Assembly (NCBI GenBank): GCA_038881595.1
Contig: JAVZPM010000008.1
Location: 1-11,985 of the forward strand
Direction: 5' to 3'
DNA: 11,985 bases
Source: Candidatus Micrarchaeia archaeon
GTDB lineage: Archaea; Micrarchaeota; Micrarchaeia; CABMEP01
In this document: positions 1-6,631 of the stretch, one piece after another
Layout: each line of letters opens with the position of its first letter
Numbering within the stretch: the stretch's first letter is position 1
The notes under the pieces: model-generated
Databases searched by the model: none
What the model was told of the DNA's origin: nothing
The model's input: the letters and a program-made list of their open reading frames with translations, nothing else
Position numbers and translations under genes: made by a program

Positions 1-72
1 AATTAATTTATAAAAATATTTCTATAAGACTTAAAAAGAAAGAAATATAAATTGAAATTGTATAGTTGAAAT

Positions 73-1476
73 ATGGAATCAAACTTTAGAGAAGCTAGAA
101 GATTTGAAAAGCCAAAAGTAAAACTTATTTCTTATACCTTAAGAAAAGATTTCGATAATTTTGGTCCGGATGAAATATCTGCATTTGGAGCACTAGGATG
201 TTTTGAAGAAAAGACACCGACACAAATTTATGATGATATGTGGTTAACAAAATCTAGAGAAGAAATAGATAAAAAAGTTGAAAAGGTTTTGAATGCAAGT
301 GTAGGTAGAGGACATGGATCCGTTGCTGATCAAAATGCATTTATCTTTGAAATTTGTAACGTTAGCAGAGCCACTACTCTTTTCTTATGTTCTCCAAGCT
401 ATCTTTCTCATCTTCAGCAATCATTAAGAAGGGCAAATGCTGATAGAGGATATGAGCTACCTGAAAGTATATTGAATAGTAAAATGCTAGAGATTTCTAT
501 TCAAGTTCTTGATTCAGCATTCAAGCTTTATGAAGAAATGATAAAAGATGGGATACCGATGGAAGATGCTAGATATATTCTTCCACTTTATACTAGAACA
601 AACATACAAACGCTAGGTGACGCAAGAGAATTAACCCACTTACATGCAATGTCGAAAGAAGAAAATGTTCCTTCTGTTGTAAAAGAAACAGTTCAAAAAA
701 TGATAGATGAGGCAAGGAAAGTTGCTCCTAAATTGTTTGAGGAACGAAAAATGAACTATGAAAAGCTAGGATGGTATCCTGCACCGCAGATTTATGGAGA
801 GAATAAAACTATTCAAAGAATAATAGAGGAAAACAAAAAACCTGAAAAAGTCACGTTCGTAAACTCAGAACTACAAATAGAGCAGATTATGAAAGCGATA
901 ATCGATAGAGATGAAGCAGAACTCGCAAATCTAAAGCACAGCCATAATGGATCGGATATAAATGGATTCCTTACTCCAATGTCTCTTGTAACTCTCCATC
1001 AAGCCATAAGACAAAGAACATGGGACCATAGTGTTGAATCAATATATGATGCAGTTGAAAGAGAAAAGATTATAATTCCTAAAACTATAGAAGATTCAAA
1101 ATGGAAAGACAAATACAATATGGCAGCTATGCAGATGTTTTCACTTTACAAAGATATAGTAAGGTATGGAATTGGAAAGAATGATGCAATAGGAGTTATT
1201 CCTCATGCATTAATGATTTATGATTTAATCCATATAAATGGATGGAATGCATTGAATGCGATAGGAAAGAGAACATGCACAGAGGCACAATGGGAGATAA
1301 GAGAGATTGCAGAAGGAATTGCATTGGAAATAGGAAAAATAAATCCTCGCTTATTTGCTTTTCTTGGACCACAATGTAAATTATATGGAATATGCCCAGA
1401 GAAAAAACCTTGTTATAGGTTTAAGAAAAGCTTTAAAGAAAGCTATTTTGATGAAAAGAATAAAGAGAAGGAATAA
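73..1476 (+). CDS. thyX: FAD-dependent thymidylate synthase ThyX, tandem two-domain form
   Basis: 467-aa ORF with two ThyX-like halves. The N-half has GHGSV, SRATT, QQSLRR, GIPMEDARYILP and DAREL. The C-half has HQAIRQR-x7-S (a variant of RHRx7S), KRTCTEAQWEIR and the Cys-rich GPQC..GICPE..C tail. About twice the length of a normal ThyX. Confidence 0.88.
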   Translation: MESNFREARRFEKPKVKLISYTLRKDFDNFGPDEISAFGALGCFEEKTPTQIYDDMWLTKSREEIDKKVEKVLNASVGRGHGSVADQNAFIFEICNVSRATTLFLCSPSYLSHLQQSLRRANADRGYELPESILNSKMLEISIQVLDSAFKLYEEMIKDGIPMEDARYILPLYTRTNIQTLGDARELTHLHAMSKEENVPSVVKETVQKMIDEARKVAPKLFEERKMNYEKLGWYPAPQIYGENKTIQRIIEENKKPEKVTFVNSELQIEQIMKAIIDRDEAELANLKHSHNGSDINGFLTPMSLVTLHQAIRQRTWDHSVESIYDAVEREKIIIPKTIEDSKWKDKYNMAAMQMFSLYKDIVRYGIGKNDAIGVIPHALMIYDLIHINGWNALNAIGKRTCTEAQWEIREIAEGIALEIGKINPRLFAFLGPQCKLYGICPEKKPCYRFKKSFKESYFDEKNKEKE

Positions 1477-1524
1477 ATTCGCAATCTTTTAATATTTTAA
1501 TATAGAAAGATTAATACCACTCAA

Positions 1525-1562
1525 TTCTGAATTAAATATAAATTTCTGAATTAAATATAAAT
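1525..1562. repeat. Perfect 19-bp tandem duplication (TTCTGAATTAAATATAAAT x2) containing a TATA-like element
   Basis: Read directly: 1525-1543 is identical to 1544-1562. It ends about 30 bp upstream of the ATG at 1592. Confidence 0.9.
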
Positions 1563-1591
1563 ATTAATTATGAATAAATTGGTGTTAATTT

Positions 1592-2290
1592 ATGGTTCTT
1601 TGTTTTGTAGCACTTTTTATATTTGCGTTTTTATCTATATTTTCAGCAAAATACAGACCTTTAGCAGCTGAAGCATTCGACTGCACTTTCAGAAAAATAA
1701 CTTTAAGAAAATGTCAGACTGGCTTTGACGAAAAAATAAAGAGCATGATTATTGGAAATTTAATGATGAAGAATGAAAAAGTTGCGCACTTTGTCTTTAA
1801 GAATTTTGAAACTCTATCTATAATTTTCACGATTTTATTTTTTGCAAGTTTTGGCTATTCATTATATAGTATATACAATTTAATAGTGTATGGAACCTGT
1901 GATCCAGTAACTGGAAATTGTGTTTTTGCTCCGCTTAGTTTAGTTAATGGAACTTTAAATAGTACCATGAACTATACTATAAATCAAACAGGTAAACCCC
2001 CATGCGGTCTCGAAGGATTTATTGAATTCTATGGAGCTGAGTGTCCACACTGCTTGAAGATGAAACCAATAGTTGAAAAAGTAGAAAATGAAACAGGAGT
2101 GATATTCACAAAGTTAGAAGTATGGCATAATGAAACAAATAGAGAGATAATGCTTATGTATGCAGCTTCTATTGAAAGGGATTGTAAAATCCTTGGTGTT
2201 CCTGCATTCTACAGCATAAAAACAGGCAAGGCGGTTTGTGGAGAAATGAGCGAAGAACAACTGAAAAGATTTATATTGCAAAATGGATAA
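1592..2290 (+). CDS. Membrane-bound thioredoxin/glutaredoxin-fold protein (CPHC) with a Cys-containing N-terminal membrane domain
   Basis: Two hydrophobic segments (about aa 2-19 and 75-100) and an N-x-S/T-rich linker precede FIEFYGAECPHC..KMKP and a GVP cis-Pro-type loop. GGTG SD-like motif upstream. Confidence 0.8.
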   Translation: MVLCFVALFIFAFLSIFSAKYRPLAAEAFDCTFRKITLRKCQTGFDEKIKSMIIGNLMMKNEKVAHFVFKNFETLSIIFTILFFASFGYSLYSIYNLIVYGTCDPVTGNCVFAPLSLVNGTLNSTMNYTINQTGKPPCGLEGFIEFYGAECPHCLKMKPIVEKVENETGVIFTKLEVWHNETNREIMLMYAASIERDCKILGVPAFYSIKTGKAVCGEMSEEQLKRFILQNG

Positions 2291-2292
2291 AC

Positions 2293-2799
2293 TTATCTAT
2301 TTTCAAGTTTTTTCTTGCAGGCATTGCAAAATTCAAGCCTTTGTTTTCTTAAGTCTTCAATCGACTCTAATTTTGACATTATACAACCTTTAACTCTGCA
2401 ATGCCCTAAACCAAAGCCATGACCAAGCTCATGGAGAATAACTTTTATAGCTTCTTCTTCCTGATCTATATCTGGCTCTTTTTGGATGAGATAAAGCGAC
2501 ACTATTGAATTGCCTCCTAATTCACTAAGGCCAAGAATTGATTTTTTTCTATATATTAGTTTTTTATTTGTGATAATTACATATCTAACTTCTTTTGATA
2601 ATTTACCTTTCGATTCAAGATATTTTGAAAAGGAATACAAAATATCTTTAGCAAAAAGCTGTGATTTAGAAATCTCATTTTGAATAAAATCAATGGATTC
2701 TTTATCTGCAGTTTCCAAATCAAATTTTATTGTAAATGGTTCTTTTATCTCATTGAAGGGAAGTGGAAAATCAATAAGTGGAATTATTTTTACTTTCAT
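2293..2799 (-). CDS. Archaemetzincin-like zinc metalloprotease (peptidase M54)
   Basis: HELGHGFGLGHC-x4-CIMS...FCNAC matches the HExxHxxGxxHCx4CxM...CxxC archaemetzincin signature. GAGTGA SD-like motif 4 nt upstream of the ATG. Confidence 0.9.
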   Translation of the reverse strand: MKVKIIPLIDFPLPFNEIKEPFTIKFDLETADKESIDFIQNEISKSQLFAKDILYSFSKYLESKGKLSKEVRYVIITNKKLIYRKKSILGLSELGGNSIVSLYLIQKEPDIDQEEEAIKVILHELGHGFGLGHCRVKGCIMSKLESIEDLRKQRLEFCNACKKKLENR

Positions 2800-2972
2800 T
2801 TAATCACTCTATAGTATTAAAATGCAATTAATCAAAATATTAAATCAGTTCTTGATATATCTGTTCTTAACATCATATTTAGCATTATATTTATATTTAT
2901 TATTGAATAATATTGAATAAATAAGATAATATTTAATAAAATGGTTTAAACTATTGATTTTAGGGTGCCCAT

Positions 2973-4181
2973 ATGGGTTTGAATATTGAAAAAATAAGGG
3001 CTGATTTTCCAATCTTGAGCAAGAAGATAAATGGAAAAAATATAATTTATTTTGATAATGCATGCCAGACATTGAGACCTATTCAAGTAATCAGGAAGAT
3101 GAATGAATATTATGAAGAGTATCCTGCATGTGTTGGCAGAAGCAACCATAAATTTGGAGAAAAGGCAACCGAAGAAGTTGAAAGCGCAAGAAAGAAAATC
3201 GCAAATTTTTTCAATGCTAAGCCTAATGAAATAATAATAACAAGAAATACAACGGAAGGAATAAATCTGATATCCCACTCTTTCAATTTTAAGGAAGGGG
3301 ATTCGGTACTTCTCTCTGATAAAGAACATAATTCAAATCTAATTCCGTGGCAGATGCTAAAGAAGAAAGGAATAAAATTGAAATTCTTTAGATTTGGAGA
3401 CATTGAAGATTTTCAAAATAAAATAGATAAAAGTGTAAAGCTTGCAGCCTTTGTTCACACATCCAATATAGATGGAACAACACAACCAATAGAAAAGATG
3501 ATAAAAATAGCACATGATAATAAAATTTTTACACTTGTTGACGCAGCCCAATCTGCACCACATAAGAAGATAGATGTCAAAAAGCTTAACCCTGATGCAC
3601 TAGCCTGCTCAGGACATAAAATGCTTGGTCCATCTGGAACAGGTATTTTATATCTATCTGAAAATTCAGTTTCTAATCTTTCTGAGTTTATGACTGGAGG
3701 AGAAACAGTAGTCAATTCCACTTATGAAAGCGTTGAGTTTGAAAAAGTACCAAACAAATATGAAGCAGGTCTACAAAACTATTCTGGCGTAATTGGGCTT
3801 GGTGCAGCAGTAGAATACTTAAAAAATATCGGATTGGAAAATATAGAATTACACGAAATGAAGATAAATGAAATAATAACGAATGGACTAAGCGAAGAAA
3901 TTGGTGCTGAATATGTTAAAATCTTAGGGCCGATTGATGCAAGGATGAGGGGTGGAATATTCTCATTTAATATCAAAAATCTTTCATATCACCAAGTCTC
4001 ATTGCTTCTTGATAAAACTGAAAATATCATGATAAGAAGTGGCCAACATTGTGTGCATTCCTGGTTCAATGCAAACAAGATTGATGGTTCAGCAAGGGCA
4101 TCCTTATACTTATACAATACGAAAGAAGAGGCGAATATTTTTGTAGAAGCAGTTAAAAAATTAGTGAAGTTTGTTAAATAA
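2973..4181 (+). CDS. sufS: Cysteine desulfurase, SufS/group II (PLP-dependent class V aminotransferase fold)
   Basis: Motifs IRADFPIL, YFDNA, EHNSNLIPW, VDAAQS, SGHKMLGPSGTG (PLP lysine), RSGQHC (catalytic Cys, group II RxGxHC type) and RASLYLYNT. AGGGTG SD upstream. Confidence 0.92.
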   Translation: MGLNIEKIRADFPILSKKINGKNIIYFDNACQTLRPIQVIRKMNEYYEEYPACVGRSNHKFGEKATEEVESARKKIANFFNAKPNEIIITRNTTEGINLISHSFNFKEGDSVLLSDKEHNSNLIPWQMLKKKGIKLKFFRFGDIEDFQNKIDKSVKLAAFVHTSNIDGTTQPIEKMIKIAHDNKIFTLVDAAQSAPHKKIDVKKLNPDALACSGHKMLGPSGTGILYLSENSVSNLSEFMTGGETVVNSTYESVEFEKVPNKYEAGLQNYSGVIGLGAAVEYLKNIGLENIELHEMKINEIITNGLSEEIGAEYVKILGPIDARMRGGIFSFNIKNLSYHQVSLLLDKTENIMIRSGQHCVHSWFNANKIDGSARASLYLYNTKEEANIFVEAVKKLVKFVK

Positions 4182-4194
4182 GTTTGCTAAATTT

Positions 4195-4220
4195 ATTTTT
4201 TATTAATTTTAATAAAAAAT
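4195..4220. promoter_or_regulatory. 12-bp perfect inverted repeat (ATTTTTTATTAA-tt-TTAATAAAAAAT), possible terminator or operator
   Basis: 4195-4206 is the exact reverse complement of 4209-4220. It includes a T6 run just after the sufS stop. Function is inferred, and the sequence is entirely A/T. Confidence 0.4.
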
Positions 4221-4266
4221 CATATATGTTCAAAAAATTATGACGGAATATAGAAAAGGTGAGCAG

Positions 4267-4776
4267 ATGAGAAAATTTATATTTGCTGTATTTCTAATTT
4301 TGGGAATTTTAATAACAAGCGGATGTATCGGAAACCAGATCCAAACTAATTCGTTAATACAACCAAATCAAATTATGGGAAAGTATGTACTTAATTCTTC
4401 TGACGGAAATAATAATTCTATAAACTCTACTTCTGCGAACTCGACTTCAAATTTCAAGACAACTCAAGAATTAGAAACAATAAAGACAAACTGCGAAGTC
4501 AATAAAGTATATTTCATATATGCAGATTGGTGTCCACACTGTCAAAAGATGAAGCCCTGGGTAACTCAGCTTGAAAAAGAAGGTTATTTGTTTATAAGAA
4601 TTGATTCTCAAAACCGAGATGCAGTAAATCTTGCAAGAGAATGCCTTACCGGAATTGCACAATTGAAGTACATACCTGAATTTGTATGTCCTTCGAATAA
4701 ACAAAGCCATGTTGGAGAATTTGCAAGCATTGAAGAAATGAAAAGCTTCGTTTCCTCTTGTAATAGTATGAAATAG
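4267..4776 (+). CDS. Thioredoxin-fold lipoprotein (WCPHC)
   Basis: Start reassigned from 4240 to the in-frame ATG at 4267 because AAGGTGA lies 4 nt upstream. This gives MRKFIFAVFLILGILITSG|C, a lipobox-type signal. An N/S/T-rich linker is followed by YFIYADWCPHCQKMKP and a YIP loop. Confidence 0.82.
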   Translation: MRKFIFAVFLILGILITSGCIGNQIQTNSLIQPNQIMGKYVLNSSDGNNNSINSTSANSTSNFKTTQELETIKTNCEVNKVYFIYADWCPHCQKMKPWVTQLEKEGYLFIRIDSQNRDAVNLARECLTGIAQLKYIPEFVCPSNKQSHVGEFASIEEMKSFVSSCNSMK

Positions 4777-4786
4777 GATTATAAAC

Positions 4787-5572
4787 CTAAATTTTAAACA
4801 CCCTTTTTACATTTTCTGTTGTTTTTTTCATTATTTTTTCTTTTTCTATTCCCGTTACAGCTTGAATTTTTTCTACTAGCTCTATTATTTCCAATGGTGT
4901 GATTTCCTTTTTATCTAGAGATATTGGAGAATCTGTTTCAAGCAAGAAGTGATCTATCTTTTCATATCCTACTTCTTCAAATATCTTTGCTATTTTTGTT
5001 TTTGAAAGTACATATGGCAATGAAAGCACCCATCCCTTATCTACTATATCTTTCGCATGATCCGGCTGATTGAAATAATGAAATACTGCTGTGGTTTTGA
5101 GTTCGTTAGATAGAATATCAATTACCTCTGGATATGCATCCCTACAATGTATAATCAAAGGCTTTTTTATTTCATTCGCTAGGTTTATGAATTCAAGAAA
5201 TACTTGTTCTGACCTTTCCTGCATTTTTTCTTCCTTTACAAGAAAAAAGTCTAATCCAACCTCTCCCACTCCAATAAATTTACTACATTTAATTTCTTTT
5301 ATCTTTGATATATATTCTTCTATTTCATTTTTGTTTGACTTAGCTGCTAATAAAGGATGAAGCCCGAGACTATAATATATAGAATAACTGTTTGCCAATC
5401 TTAGAGTTTTTTCAAAATCCTCTATCCTTGCTGAAGAAGTTATTAAACCTATGCCTAAATCAATGCAATTCTTGATTAATTCCTCTGGATTCTTACTCTG
5501 TTCAAGATGGCAATGTGAATCAAATACAGTGATCATTATTTTCCCTATTTTGTTTTCAATAGATGAAGCCAT
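4787..5572 (-). CDS. tatD: TatD family metal-dependent hydrolase/DNase
   Basis: Motifs DSHCHL, GLHP, GEVGLDF, IIHCR, FHYF and LETDSP. The true start may be the ATG at 5536 (MITVFDSH). Confidence 0.92.
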   Translation of the reverse strand: MASSIENKIGKIMITVFDSHCHLEQSKNPEELIKNCIDLGIGLITSSARIEDFEKTLRLANSYSIYYSLGLHPLLAAKSNKNEIEEYISKIKEIKCSKFIGVGEVGLDFFLVKEEKMQERSEQVFLEFINLANEIKKPLIIHCRDAYPEVIDILSNELKTTAVFHYFNQPDHAKDIVDKGWVLSLPYVLSKTKIAKIFEEVGYEKIDHFLLETDSPISLDKKEITPLEIIELVEKIQAVTGIEKEKIMKKTTENVKRVFKI

Positions 5573-5674
5573 AAATATATGGCTATAGATATACTTTTAT
5601 ACCTTTCTCGCCTATATTATATTGCTCTTTATATCCTTATAAAAGGATAAATATATGTATAAATAGGTGTTTTT

Positions 5675-6064
5675 ATGTCAGTAATGCCTGGAAGTGCAAA
5701 AGATCTTAAGATAGGAAGATATGTAATGATAGATGGAGAACCATGCAGAGTTGTAGAGATTCAAACCTCTGCACCTGGAAAGCATGGAGCAGCAAAGATG
5801 AGAATAACTGGAATTAGCATATTTGATGAAAGCAAACATACCTTGCTTAAACCTTCAGATGCAGATGTAGAAATACCTGTAATTGAAAAGAAAATAGCGC
5901 AAGTAGTTTCAGTAAGTGGAGACGTCGCTCAAGTCATGGATCCTAATACTTACGAGATGTATGAATTGAAGATTCCAAAGGAGCTGCAAGGACAGGTTGA
6001 AGCAGGAAAAGAAGTTGAGCTTATTGAAACACTTGGAAAAAGACTCATGCAGAGAGTAAGATAG
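5675..6064 (+). CDS. eif5a: Translation factor aIF5A (eIF5A homolog)
   Basis: LKIGRYVMIDGEPCRVV and the hypusination loop SAPGKHGAAK, 129 aa. AGGTG SD upstream. Confidence 0.96.
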   Translation: MSVMPGSAKDLKIGRYVMIDGEPCRVVEIQTSAPGKHGAAKMRITGISIFDESKHTLLKPSDADVEIPVIEKKIAQVVSVSGDVAQVMDPNTYEMYELKIPKELQGQVEAGKEVELIETLGKRLMQRVR

Positions 6065-6105
6065 TTGTTTAAGCATTTGAAAATAAAAGAGTTTATGGTG
6101 ATTTA

Positions 6106-6384
6106 ATGGTTGAAGTCAAAATATTAGAAAAAAAAGACAATCCTATTCTAAAAAGAAAAGAAGTTAAGTGTCTCGTTGATTTTGAAGCTGGAACACCGAA
6201 AAAGGAAGAAATCCAGCAAGCAATTGCAAAGGCATTGACAGCCCATCCCGAATTGGTTTATATAAATGAATTTATTGTCAGAGCTGGAGCAAAGCAAGGA
6301 AAGGCTGAAGTTTTTTTATACGATTCAAAAGACATACTTGAGAAAATGCATAAAAAGAAAGAAAAGAAAGAGAAAAAGAAATAA
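6106..6384 (+). CDS. rps24e: 30S ribosomal protein S24e (eS24)
   Basis: I..KKDNPILKRKEV and GTPKKEEI motifs, basic C-terminal tail, GGTGA SD, and position directly upstream of rps27ae as usual in archaea. Confidence 0.92.
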   Translation: MVEVKILEKKDNPILKRKEVKCLVDFEAGTPKKEEIQQAIAKALTAHPELVYINEFIVRAGAKQGKAEVFLYDSKDILEKMHKKKEKKEKKK

Positions 6385-6425
6385 ATTGGAATGATAACTG
6401 AAAGTATTGACTTAAGGTGATATTT

Positions 6426-6557
6426 ATGGCAGACAAAGGAAAACCAAAACCATACAAAAAAGGAAAAAGCTGTCCAAGATGTGGTGCGGGGGTAAGGCTT
6501 GCTGAGCACAAGGACAGATGGAGCTGCGGAAAATGCGGCTACATGGAAAAGAAGTAA
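6426..6557 (+). CDS. rps27ae: 30S ribosomal protein S27ae (eS31), 43 aa, absent from the ORF track
   Basis: Manual translation: [43 protein letters not shown]. It has the CPRCG...AEHKDR..CGKCGY zinc ribbon and an AAGGTGA SD at 6414-6420. Confidence 0.95.
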   Translation: MADKGKPKPYKKGKSCPRCGAGVRLAEHKDRWSCGKCGYMEKK

Positions 6558-6580
6558 ACTTTTTATTTTGATTTTAAATG
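6558..6580 (+). terminator. Possible oligo-T archaeal terminator after eif5a-rps24e-rps27ae
   Basis: T-tracts (TTTTTATTTTGATTTT) immediately follow the rps27ae stop, in a convergent intergenic gap. Confidence 0.4.
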
Positions 6581-6631
6581 GTTCTTATTTTAAATTTTGT
6601 GCTGTTTCCCTTAATTACTCTTTTCTTTAAT

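Noticed and set aside
73..1476. Intein or insertion as the explanation for the long ThyX
   Set aside because: The extra length is a second ThyX-like domain, and no intein splice-junction or LAGLIDADG motifs were seen.
1525..1562. CRISPR array remnant
   Set aside because: Only two directly abutting 19-bp copies, with no spacer and no cas genes.
2885..2920. Short tandem repeats (TTATAT units; TATTGAATAA x2 at 2901-2920) in the divergent protease/sufS promoter
   Set aside because: Very AT-rich low-complexity sequence that cannot be distinguished from chance, although a regulator site is not excluded.
2845..3976. Six minus-strand ORFs of 65-127 aa overlapping sufS
   Set aside because: Antisense shadows of a well-supported gene, with no recognisable motifs.
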